DNA of 61,367 bases, counting the filler, from Fonticula-like sp. SCN 57-25 (Eukaryota), in assembly GCA_001724245.1 (NCBI GenBank). It is 6 parts of 6 records of this genome, joined end to end, with 100 filler letters (N's around TTAATTAATTAA, not from the genome) between each part and the next. Parts side by side here need not be neighbours in the genome. Positions count along the whole stretch, not along the records: positions 1 to 10,902 come from MEDX01000246.1; positions 11,003 to 20,830 come from MEDX01000247.1; positions 20,931 to 31,970 come from MEDX01000248.1; 3 more parts are not named here. The stretch is one strand, 5' to 3'. The notes beneath the pieces are model-generated. The model worked only from the letters and a program-made list of their open reading frames with translations. It had not been told where the DNA came from and made no database searches. Position 1 is the stretch's first letter, and the number at the start of each line of letters is the position of its first letter. Below, one piece after another: positions 9,758 to 22,164 of this stretch. The translations under genes were made by a program, and so were the position numbers.

Positions 9758-10902
9758 TGGCCTGGTTGGGATTCTGTTGCACGCCCTCTTTGGGCTTGAC
9801 AAAAAAGTACTTGTTCAGCTTCTTTTTTGCCGTTTCGTAGACGTCTGCGTCGACCCAAAATCTTCTGACGTTTGCACCGCTGTCCATCCAAACGATGCAA
9901 CACTTTACGGAGACGCCAGTGTCGAACATTTTTAGGAACATGTGCGTCGTGGCGATCAGTTGCATTTTTGCTTGATTCAACGGGGAGTTGGTAAGTCCCA
10001 CTTTCTTTTGCATGTTCTTCTCACCGACCTCGAAACAGCCATCGTAGCCAGTCTTGACTTCCACGAGAACGATGCGCTTGAACACCTTGTCGTAGACGAT
10101 AATATCCACCGCGGTGACCTTTTTGCTGCGAAGGTCGTACACGGGTGTTTCTCCGAGCAAAGGGACCCATTGCCATTCCTTGTCCATCATATTGAACAAG
10201 TTTTTGACGGAATCGTCCAGGGAGCCCTTGGTGCTCAAATAAACGCCCAATCCAAACGTAACCACGTCGTCTATCTGTTGGTGCAATCGTTTACCACGTT
10301 CCAATCCCATCAGCTTGGATTTGAATTGTCCGTTCTTCATAAACGTCTTGTCGCTCTTGTTCTTCTTGAATCTATCGCCAACAATGTCGGTATTCTTTTG
10401 ATTGTTTTTGTAAGAATGAATGGTCGCAAAGTCCTCCAATCTCGCCAAGTGTGACAGCTTTTTCTTCTTTTTGCCGCCTCTCTTCTCGACTTTGCCACCC
10501 ACGACTCCCAGGGGATCTGAGACCACCTTTTTGGTCCTCTTGAGCTTTGAAAAGTCAAAGTCGGGCCAAAAGACTTCTGCCAGTCCTGCCGTGATACCGC
10601 GTAAAGTGACAACGTTGTTGCGGTCATCACGGTAGATAAAACCCTTTCCCGTGGTAGAAATGAACTTCCTCCTGGGGTCCGTGACGACCTTGGTGATGAG
10701 CGCTTTTGCAGAAGCATCGTTTATGGAGTCTATTTTCACCTTTAACGAGGCAGGTATTTGAGCCTCGGTTTCGTCCATTCTCGTCACGTACTCTCTAGGT
10801 TGGTATCTCCTTTGCATCTTCTCGTACAAAAACAACTCTTCGTCCGTTGGAATAGGCACCATGCCGTCTTCGTACGTGTCTTGTTGGGGGTAATCCTCGT
10901 AG
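9735..10902 (-). CDS. PD-(D/E)xK (RecB/Cas4/MGME1-like) nuclease, possibly 5'-truncated
   Basis: RGKRLHQQI, LGETPVYD, AVDIIV, VLVEVKTG, MQL motifs. The frame stays open upstream of 10862 to the contig end. Confidence 0.8.
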
Positions 10903-11002
10903 NNNNNNNNNNNNNNNNNNNNNNNNNNNNNNNNNNNNNNNNNNNNTTAATTAATTAANNNNNNNNNNNNNNNNNNNNNNNNNNNNNNNNNNNNNNNNNN
11001 NN
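10903..11002. other. Artificial contig linker
   Basis: N44-TTAATTAATTAA-N44 (stops in all frames). Confidence 0.98.
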
Positions 11003-12892
11003 CGCCGCTCTCGACGAGCGCCTTTACTACATTCACCTCGCCAAAGCAGGCGGCGCCGTGCAGCGGCGTCCACCCGTCGTCGTCCGTCTGGGAGAGCGTC
11101 AGTGACACAATAAAGATACGCATTTCGGTACGTACGACGTTGATCTTGGCGCCGTTGCCGAGAAGGTACGTGACGACCGCGCCGTGGCCATTGCACGAGC
11201 TGCTGTGCAGAGGCGTCAGGCCCTCCTCATTGGGCTGGTTAACGTCGGCGCCAGACGCAATGCACTCTTTCACAAGATCAAGGTCGCCATCAAGTGCGCC
11301 ATCTGCAGGGAAAAATAATCAAAAGGCAAAAAAGAATCAAAAGCGCCCAGTTAGCAAAAAGGCGTCCAAGAAAAGATTTGTCGCACCAAGCATGAGAACG
11401 CGCTGGGCAAACTTGAGCCTGCGCAAGTTCTTGTTTGGCAGCCCGCTCGGCTTCAGGATCGACTTGACTGCCTTGCGGCTCACCGGGGCAGCGGGCACCA
11501 CCGCCGGCGAGGGCGGGTTGGACGACGACACGACAGTCGTCGCCACGACCGGCGTCGACGGGGCCGACACGGGCAGCGGCGTGGCGGGCCCGGCAAGTTC
11601 CGCGGCGCTCCCGCTCTGCGGCACAACCGCCGCCTCGGTGACCGAGCTCACGACGGCCGACTCTTCGCGCAGCTGCTCGCGCTGGAACAAGCGCACAGTG
11701 AGCCAAAGAACAACCAATTGGTGAACGAGGCGAGGCGTACCAGCCGCGACGACTTGCCGATGACGACGACGGCGTCTTCATCAGAGGGGTCCACCGCGTC
11801 CACGGGCGCCTTGCCGGCCTATTTCAAACGTCAGACAAAGCCATACAAAAAACAAAATAAAAGCACCTTTAACTCTTCCAGTTCCCGCTCGAGGCGGTCA
11901 ATGATGCGCGCCTGGCGCGAATTCTCCTTTTCGAGGCTCGCAACCCTCGTCTTGAGCTCAATGTTCTCCTTGTCCTTGGCATCGCGCAGCCGCTGCATTG
12001 CCTTTGTATCGATCGGCTGCTTGGACTCGAGCTGCGCCAGCAAGGCGTTCTTCTCCGCCAGCTCTTTCGTCGCCGCCGCCAGGTTCTGCGACGTCTCTAT
12101 TAAATTCCGCTCGACCAGCTGCAGGGACTCTTCGTAGAGGTGCATCCGGTCGCGGTTCGTCTGCCGCACGAGGCGGCTGCTGTCCACCTCCAGCCGCAGC
12201 TTGGACACTTCATTCTGGCGCTCCAGAAGCGCCTCTCGCAGCTGACGAATCGTTGTGTCGGGGTCTGCAGCACAAAAGGTCAGCGGCATGGCGGGCCAGC
12301 GCGGAGCGTACTCTCGAGGGCTTCAAAGTCAGAGTAGCTGCGCGACAGCGCCGTCTTCTTCTTCATGTTCTTCAAACTCGGCCTATCTACGTTGGTCGCG
12401 CCAATGTCACCCGAACTGGACATTTTCTAGCGGCACTCTGTCAGCCAGCCCGTTTCCATTGGCCGTCAACTACCGTACCCGAATGAGCTGATCCTGCTGC
12501 TCGAGCTCGTTGAGCTCCTCTTGAAGCACCGTCTGCATGGCGCGCATCTTGTCCTGAAAGTTCAGGGCCTCTTCCGGCGTCATACCCTGCATCGCCTCTT
12601 CCACCAAGGAGGCGAGGCGGCGCGGATCGGGGCCATCGTGGTCGTCGGGGTAGTCCAGCTGCGGTGCCACGGGGGCGGCGTTGAGCTTTTGAAGAAGCTC
12701 TGGAGGATGGGGGTGCGCGGGAGGCGCGCGCGGCGCGGTCGTAGAGGTAGGTGTAGTCGGCTTGACCGGCGTGGGGGTTGGAGTCGCGGCAGGCGCCGGG
12801 GACAAGAACGCCCTCTGGGATCGGGATCGCGCGTTAGAAAGGGGGGGAGGAGGCAAGGCAAAGACGAACCGAGAGAAGATTGCCTTTGCCAA
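11003..12892 (-). CDS. Coiled-coil plus ankyrin-repeat PP1-regulator-like protein (ASPP/MYPT-like); spliced, 3'-truncated, start uncertain
   Basis: KSILK and RRLKF precede DGALDGDLDLV...PNEEGLTPLH...DDDGWTPLHGAAC...LVESG. Confidence 0.7.
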
Positions 12893-13098
12893 ACATCTCG
12901 CTTACTACGCGGACAATTCCGCAGCGATACGGTCGTTGGCCTCAATGGAGAGTGTAGATGTGCAGTCGCTCCAGGGTCAAGCGGGGCCCAAAACTTTGAT
13001 TGGCAAGAGCCAAGCAGGCAGGAACGCTTGCAGCACACCAAACAAGACCCGGAAACTGCAAACTGCAAACTGATCGTGAGGGGTGCTGACCGCCAAAG

Positions 13099-14049
13099 AT
13101 GCCGGCCAAGCTCGACTTGATCCCGCCGTATCGCTATGCGATGGTGGAGGAGGGCATGTTTCGTGGCGCCTATCCGTCGAGCAAAAACTTTCGCTTTCTT
13201 TTGAGGTTACAATTGCAGACGGTGGTGTCGCTCGTACCGCAGGCGCCAACGGCCGAGCTCACCGAGTTTTGCGCGGCCAACAACATCAACCTCGTCCACA
13301 TGCGGGTGGACGTGTATAAGGAAAAGATCCCGATCTCGCCTAGCGGAGTCGCTCACGTATTAAGTGTACGCTTTTCTGCCTTGCGCGCCGTGTAGACTTA
13401 GCCGCGCTTGGCAGTTAATCCTTGACAAGACGAGGCATCCGCTCCTCCTGCACTGCATGAACGGCGCCGAAGTGACGGGCATCGTCATCATGTGCCTCCG
13501 CAAAATCCAAAATTACAGCCCCAACTTTGCCATTGTCGAAATTCAGCGGTGCGGCTTTTCTTTGGCGGTGCTTTCCACCCTGCTAAACGCTTGCAATAGG
13601 CATCTTCGCGAGGGCGTTTTCACGCACGAAATGCTAGAGTTTTACGAGCGCTTCAACAACGAGGTCACGATCCCGGCCGTCATCCCCAGCTGGCTCTGGG
13701 AGGGGCAGCGGCGAGGGCAGACAAGCAAGGCGGCGGTGCGACTTTTGTCTCTAGATCGCGCGAACGCTGACCTTTGGCGGCCAGACTACCGGGCAGGACG
13801 GCGACGCCGCTGCGAGCACCGCGACGGAAAGCGGGGCGCAGCACTGGCAAGAGTACAAGCACAGCCTGCTGGGCCAGCCGAGCGGCGCGTCGCTACCGGC
13901 GGCGCTTCGGCAAGGCTCTTTTGTGGACGAAACAGAGCTCTCTCTTAGTGCGGCATTCTTTTCCCCATGCTTTGTTTGCTCACTCTGTTCCTCTCGCAGC
14001 CCTGCGCGCGCTCTCACTCGAAGTCGGAAACAAGCAGCAAGACAAGTAG
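13099..14049 (+). CDS. OCA6: OCA6-like PFA-DSP/Siw14-family phosphatase-like protein (spliced)
   Basis: LIPPYRYAMVEEGMFRGAYP and LLLHCMNGAEVTG...CLRKIQ; the P-loop Arg is missing. Confidence 0.7.
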
Positions 14050-14266
14050 CGGCGCCACAGGCAGTGCGCACGCGGCAGCGACCAGGAAAGAGGCCATTTA
14101 CTGTATTATAAATTGTATTGTAAATACTTACATCGAACCTAATGCGGGAACTGTACAACATAAAAATCGCACGACTGGCTCTAAGCGATGCGCACAAACA
14201 TTCGAGGAAAAGGTAACAAACAAGCAAATATAAAGACGCGCAGCGTCAATGGGAATCATCGCTGGC

Positions 14267-14984
14267 TTACGAGTAGTGCACGCGCTCGCCGCGCACGGTG
14301 TAGTAGGTCATTTTCCCCGAGGCGCGGGGCTGGCCGGTCTGCTCGTTGAACATGCGGCACTCGCTGTACGGCGGCGTGTACAAGTGTAGCGAAAGGGCGC
14401 CCTTGGTGTGGCTCTTGTTCTCCACCCTGTGGAGGCCCAACGAGTCGTTAATGTAGGCGACCTGGTCGCGCTCGTAGTCGGTGACCTTGGTCTGGACGAG
14501 CGGGCCTTCGGCCTGGCCCTCGCTGTTGATCGGGTTGCGGTACTGCGACTCGGTCAGGGTACCGTCGAGCAGCTTCATCAGGCAGTGCGACCCCGAGTGA
14601 TCGTGGATCCCGCTACAGGCCAACCATATTAGCAAAAGAAATCAAAGCAATGGGAAAACGAACCTGGCGTGGCCTTCGCCCCAGGCGAGCACGAGCAAGT
14701 TAAACTTGCCATTGCCGTCGTCCACAAAGTTACGCGTGTACTTGTGGGAATCAAAGTTGGCATACTTTTGCCAGTCCTCGTCGTTGGACTGCACGGGGGG
14801 CAAAGGTGAGCAACTAAAAAACCCCAATAAGCCGCGTTCGCACCTTGTACGACTCCATGAGGTGCTTCACGCGGGCAAAGCGGCGCTCGTCGAGATCGGT
14901 CAAGCCATCCTCGCCGAGCTCGGCATTGAGGGCGGCAACGAGGCCTTCCAGGGAAGATGGGGCAGGGGGAAGGTCAAACTCCAT
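14267..14984 (-). CDS. CDO1: Cysteine dioxygenase (3 exons)
   Basis: [39 protein letters not shown]. Confidence 0.93.
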
Positions 14985-15745
14985 GGGTGGTTTGGGCGAC
15001 AGTGAGGAAAGTCGCAAGTGAGAGAGGGAAGCTACGAGTCGAGTCGCAGAGAGTTCAGCCGCCGGAAGGAGACCGAAACTCGCGAATAAGTAGTGGCGGG
15101 GCGCTCTCCGGGCAAGCGGACCGTCGGCGAATGTCTCAAACCGGATGGCCGTCGGTTTCAGTAGGTTACGGTCCGCTAGGTCGGTTTGGTCTGGTTCGGT
15201 CTGTCTCGGTCGGTCTCCGGCTGGTCATGGGTACGTCACGTGCGCCTCCGTGGGAATCGCGCGTGATCGGGATCACCGTCGGCAGCCCCTCTCGGAAGGG
15301 TGCATGACCAACATTACGCTATATTCCGTCATACACATGCATGTGACATACAGCGCGGTATATGGATAAAGTGTGTTGATAATGTGCAGCGGTGTTGAGC
15401 ACTGCTTGAAATGGGTGGCATATGTGACCTCCAGCATGGATAAGGCGGGGTAAAAAGCATGGCTTGTGGCAATGTTGTATGGTACTGTGCATTGGTTACA
15501 TGAATATATGCCATTCATGCCATGCATAATTATCAATATATTACTGTACTTTGAATCGCATACATGCCATGCCATGCATGTCATAGTACTGCTCCGTGGA
15601 TAGCGTGCCTTTCATGTATGTTGGCAATGTACTTTGAAAATAATCATTCTTCAATAAAAACATGGAACTCAAGCGATACAAACGAATAAATTTCTATGCA
15701 TACACGATGCCCGACGCGCCATCGCCGGCATTCTCTATCTTGTAC

Positions 15746-17328
15746 TTATACAATACGGCACCACTCTGGCACCGACTCGCCCACCTGCGCGGCGATCCCC
15801 TTGCCCCTGCCGTACTCTTTCGCCTGCAGCTCGGCGGCGATGCGCGCGTCGGCGTGGATATGCGGGTGAATCCCCGCGTCGCTCACCAGCTCGTAGAAGA
15901 AAATGTACCCGTTCGTGGCCATCTCAGAGTGCATCATGGTGGTCACCTCCTTGAGGCGGCGCTCGGCGTGCACCAAAGGGCCGTTTGCGTTGTCATCAAA
16001 GCGCAGCCATTGGCCGCCGTGGTTAGCCCACGTGGTGTAGTGGCCTCGGTCGACGCTGTTGCCTTCGTGGCAGACGACCGAGACGAGCCGAAGCGTGTAC
16101 ATGAGGTTGGTCGGGGGAGACGTGAGGTACACGAACGGCGTAAAGTCAATCTTCAGCACGGTTGGTTAGAAGAAGATGCGAGCAGTAAAACATGACACAA
16201 TAAGGGAAAACATGACAAATCACAACACAAATACAGCACATCCACAACGAGACACCACAAAAAAATCTCAACCCAACGCACCTCGGGAGGGACGATTACC
16301 CTCGCCGCGACGCGCTCCGGCCCCGACGGCCCGTAGCAGTACCGCTTCAGTATGATGGGAAGCACCAAACGCGTCGGCAACGTGTCCTATCGTAAAGTAT
16401 GAGCAAACATGACGCAAACCGCCCTGCTCGGTCGCACCGACGACGGGCCCGCCTCGCTGGCGAGCCTGATAAAGGGCAGCATCGACATCATGCGCCACGC
16501 GTCGACCTCCTTGACGCCCTCGGCAGTGCCGACGCGGCGGTGCAGGCCGTGCACAGGATTTGAAAAGTGCTCCTGGAGCAGCTGCTCGAGCGTGTACTGC
16601 GAGTGCGCGCCGCTGTTCTCGGGCATGCTCACCTGCAGCACGCGGTCCGCCACGCGCTGCTCGTCGCCGCCCTCAGCAACGCCGCCGTGAAAAAACATTT
16701 GTTTGAGGGTGAAGCTCGGCGCGCGAAGCGTCTCCATGAGAAAGATGAAAAGCTCAAAGGCGTCGTGCTGCTCGCGAAGCTCGCCAAGGCGGCAAAAGCC
16801 GGCAGCAAAGATCGCGTCGCGAAGCTCTTCGCCGACAGCGCGGGGGACGCGCAGGCCAGTGCGCAAAAGGCTCACGCAAAAGGAAAGTATCACCTGCAGG
16901 CGGCGCGCATTGGCTGGGGACGGAACGGGCGACAACAAAAGCACGTCAAACGCGTCAATCGTGGCAAACATGGCAAACACCAAAGAGTCAATGTAGCAAC
17001 TACAAAGCACACGGTCAGTATTCAGGTGCTGCTCCTCGCGCACGCACCTGTTGCCATAGTTGGGGATCCCTTGGTACGTCGCGGACTCGACGAGCGGGGT
17101 GACCGTCAGCGCCTGATCGGCGGGAACGCCGTCTACCAGCCGCCGAACCAGAGTAGCAAGATCGCCGTTCACATTCTCAACAAGCGTCTCTGCGGCGGGC
17201 TCCTCGTACCCAAGCGCCATGAGGACGTCCATACACTCTCTCCACATGCTGCGCGTAGGCGGCGGCATTGTTGTCCGCGGGAACCCACTCCGGTCCCAGT
17301 CTTCGTCCTCGTCCGACCAGGGCATCAT
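15746..17328 (-). CDS. CYLD-like ubiquitin-specific protease with N-terminal UBA-like motif (spliced)
   Basis: Cys box GIPNYGN/SCYIDSLVFAMF, QHDAFE, His box VVCHEGNSVDRGHY...WLRFDD. Confidence 0.85.
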
Positions 17329-17544
17329 CAAGGTGAGGCCGTAGAGCCGTGGTAGCAAGTCCCACGTTCGATGGTGCATTCCGTGTATCACCTTCCCTGC
17401 CTACCACTCCTCATATGGAAGCACCCAGAAGCTCTCTGCAGAGTGCGTGTCAGCACGAGTGCGTCGAGGTCTGGTCGAGGTGGTGACAGCGAAATGCTGA
17501 CTGCGCATAATCATCTTTCGGTTGTTGAGCTGCAGGCCGCCGTC

Positions 17545-18820
<1,276 letters not shown>

Positions 18821-19029
18821 CTGTGTTTGTTGAACTAACACCACCGCTTAGCGGGGGAGGTGGCGATGGCGAAAGCGAGTGATTCGTCGCCAGTTAGTTC
18901 CTTGTCAAATAAATTGAAGCAATTCCCTACCCGAAATATCCCAAAACGTGACTGCTCCCAAAAGCCCAGGAAAGAAAGGTTCGGCATGAAATTTTAATTA
19001 GCTATACACAATGCGCGGGCTTCCTCCAT

Positions 19030-19851
19030 TTAGATGGTCGAAGGGAAAAGCATCTGCAATAACGGAATTAGTCGTTGAAAAACGATTGGCAACAAAATTG
19101 AACGTACCACACGCACAGCGGCGCCAAAAGTCTTGGACGGGAGGTTGCTAGCGAAACGAGCGCGGACAACACCACCGTTGCCGTGGGGGCGGGTGATCTA
19201 TAGTAGGTCGGATTAGGATCAATCAAACTTTCGAAACAAATCTCGTACGCGGCCCCAGATGCAGCGGATCTTGCTGCCCTTGACGGCACGCTGGGCGCGG
19301 TACACGTAAGCGACGCGCTTGCCGAGGTAGTGCGTGGTGTCCTCCTTGGCGTGAACGCCCTCAAGCTTGATGAGGGAGTTGTTGCAGGACTGGCTGCGCT
19401 TGCCGCGCGTGTAGCCAAGGACGGCACCCTTGGTGTAAAGGCTAAATTCGAAAGCCAGCATGTAAGCAAAATATGTCACAGGCAAGCGGATGCTCCCCAA
19501 AGCGCGGATGCTCCATCGCGCAGAGCGGATGGATGCCTGCGCGGATGCGTCGGCCACAACATCGATGGCAGCACGCCATCCGTGGCGGCCATCAGGCATT
19601 TTCAACGCATCCAAATAGGTCCGCAGGTCATCCACCGCTCCGCCGCCATACTCCCATCCCACAGCGTCAAAGCGAGGCCGTACCGAACAGTCTGGCCGGC
19701 CATTTCTACGGCGATACAGACGACGGATGCGAAAGAGACCGAACACTCGCAGCAGCAGCACCAAGTTGTAGTTTGCAGATCGAAGTTTGCAGTCGATCGT
19801 GATTGGTCCACCGTTGTTTGGTCGGTCTGAAACCGACATTACTTGCGACAT
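19030..19851 (-). CDS. RPL35A: 60S ribosomal protein L35a (eL33), with 9-nt and 8-nt first coding exons
   Basis: [21 protein letters not shown]...[12 protein letters not shown]...[12 protein letters not shown]...MLFPSTI. Confidence 0.93.
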
Positions 19852-19980
19852 TCTTGGATTTGCGGGTTCCGGAGAGGTGGTCACAAACACAATGGCTACG
19901 CTACGGCGCCGGAAAGCCAACGCGGCCCTCGTACGCAGCACACGTCCTTGCTCTTGCGTTCTAACATTTGCCAATAGAAT

Positions 19981-20830
19981 ATGGAAGAGGCCGCTCGAAA
20001 CCCTGTCGTAGGGAGCTATGTACGAGTCAACTATTGTCGTAGGGCGCGCGCTTACCTTCGCTAGATCTTGGGCGACCTTTTGGAGAGCGGTTCGTCGACG
20101 GCTATCTATCGTGGCATCAACACAGAGAATGGTATTGCTACATATGTTTGTTTTATTGATGGCTTACACGTCTATTAGGCGAGATCGTTGCTATGAAGCA
20201 AATCGACCGCAACAAGCTGCCCGGCGAGGAGGTTCGTAGCAAATTTAAACGTTGCGCGCGACTTACAGTGACGCGCCGATAGCTTGAGAACCATCTTAAG
20301 GAGATTACGCGCCTAAAGGCGCTTGATCACCGGAACATTGTCAAACTCCTCGACACGTACCGGGGCCCTCGCTACATTTACACCATCATGGAATGTACGG
20401 CTATCGTGCTTCATGTTACAGATCGGCTAACGCTTCTTTTCCAGATGTCGAGAGCGGCTCTCTTGCGCAGATCATTGAAAACTTTGACGTGTTCCCCGAG
20501 ACGCTCACAGCGTTGTACATGTACCAGTGCCTGCGTGGCCTCGTGTACCTTCACGAGAACAATGTCCCGCACGGCAGCATCAAGGGCTCCAACATTCTGA
20601 TCACCAAGAACGGCCAGGTCAAGCTCTACGGTACGACCTACCCAAGCTCTTTGCCGTATGGCTAACGCGCTCGCAGACTATGGTCTCACGAAACAGTCCA
20701 AGGACGACGTCCCCTTCTGGAGCTCCCCCGACGTCATCAAGGGCGCCAAACCGACCATGGCCGACGACGTCTGGTCTTTGGGCTGCACGGCCATCGAGCT
20801 TTTTACCGGCGCGCCGCCGTACCAGCACCT
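19981..20830 (+). CDS. Cdc15/SepH-like kinase-domain protein, likely pseudokinase; 3'-truncated
   Basis: Spliced: [44 protein letters not shown]. Confidence 0.75.
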
Positions 20831-20930
20831 NNNNNNNNNNNNNNNNNNNNNNNNNNNNNNNNNNNNNNNNNNNNTTAATTAATTAANNNNNNNNNNNNNN
20901 NNNNNNNNNNNNNNNNNNNNNNNNNNNNNN
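20831..20930. other. Artificial contig linker
   Basis: N44-TTAATTAATTAA-N44. Confidence 0.98.
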
Positions 20931-20990
20931 ATACAAAAACAAACCAGCCACGTGGCCACAATCGCTTTTTTCCTCCCTTCCTCGATCATC

Positions 20991-22036
20991 ATGTTTGCTG
21001 GTACGGGCGTGATGCGCGTGATGCGGCCGAGCTAAGGCGCCTTTCCACCTTTCCCTACAGCTCGTGTTGCTGGTCGCGCTCTCGCCGTCCGTCAGCTTTC
21101 GACCTCGTCGTCGGCTAACGCGACCCCCCGCTCCGCCTGGGGCAAGGTCGCCGCCGTCGGTGCCGCCGGTGTCGGTGCTTTTGCCGGCTACTGTACGGCC
21201 CTCTTTTTTCCCGTCTAGCGAGTGTCTTATTGACGTTCTTTGCTTTAGCGTTCTTTGGCAACCAGACCTTCCTTGAGCGCAAGGCCAACGCCGGCAAGGC
21301 TGGCTCCCTCTCGGAGCGCACCTACATCATGATCAAGCCTGATGGTGTGCAGCGTGGCCTCGTCGGCGACATCATCAGCCGTTTCGAGAAGAAGGGCTAC
21401 AAGTACGCCTTGCGGTTTTATTAGTGAACTAGTTTATGTGCCGTGCAGTTTTTTGCAATGTTCTTGGTGCTTATTTTACCCGTTTTTTGGTGTTAACCCT
21501 CCTTTCCAGGCTTGTCGCCCTCAAGATGCTCACGCCCGACAAGGCGCTCGCCTCGAAGCACTACGATGACCTGAAGACCAAGCCCTTCTTCAACGGCCTC
21601 GTCTCCTACATGAGCAGCGGCACCCCCGTCGTCGCCATGGTCTGGGAGGGCAAGAACGTCATCAAGACTGGCCGCAAGATCCTCGGCGCCACCAACCCCG
21701 CCGACTCGGAGCCCGGAACCATCCGCTTCGACTTTGCCACCACCATCGGCCGCAACCTCATCCACGGCTCGGACTCGCACGACTCGGCCAACGGTGCGTA
21801 CTTTTATGGACAGGGTGGAAAATATGCAATTGGGTATCAATTTCAGTTTGCTTTCTCTTTGGTTTCAGGCTAGTTGGGCCTATTCTGAATAGTCCAATTG
21901 TGTCTTCTGTCTATATGTGCTGCTGAATGGTACTGACGCCCGCTGTGCTCTAGACGAGATTGGTCTCTGGTTCACTGATGCCGAGATCAACGACTGGCAG
22001 CCGACCCTCCACAAGTGGATCAACGAGGACAACTAA
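20991..22036 (+). CDS. NDK: Nucleoside diphosphate kinase with mitochondrial-type N-terminal extension (spliced)
   Basis: [38 protein letters not shown]. Confidence 0.95.
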
Positions 22037-22164
22037 ACCGTCCCGCGCGACCAGCCGCCTGCTGGCCACTAGCGTGTAGCGAATGCTCACACATACTTAT
22101 CAATATAATATAATTATATATACCATTCCACGCGTGTGTACACTATACAAAAGATGCCGTCGCC

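Larger units (their letters stand above)
1..10902. other. Large DNA virus-like contig (giant virus-like; lineage unassigned)
   Basis: Intron-less, closely packed ORFs with short AT-rich intergenics. Mostly orphans plus eukaryote-type histone-fold and PAP2 genes and a PD-(D/E)xK nuclease. Composition differs from the other contigs. No capsid or polymerase hallmark seen. Confidence 0.7.

Noticed and set aside
9735-10902. Cas4/CRISPR or MIMIVIRE-like system
   Set aside because: No array, no other cas genes, no Fe-S cysteines.
10903-11002. Virus-host junction suggesting an endogenous virus
   Set aside because: The junction is an artificial linker identical to the four others.
13099-14049. Missing catalytic Arg as a novel pseudophosphatase
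   Set aside because: A degenerate P-loop is already expected for OCA6-type members.
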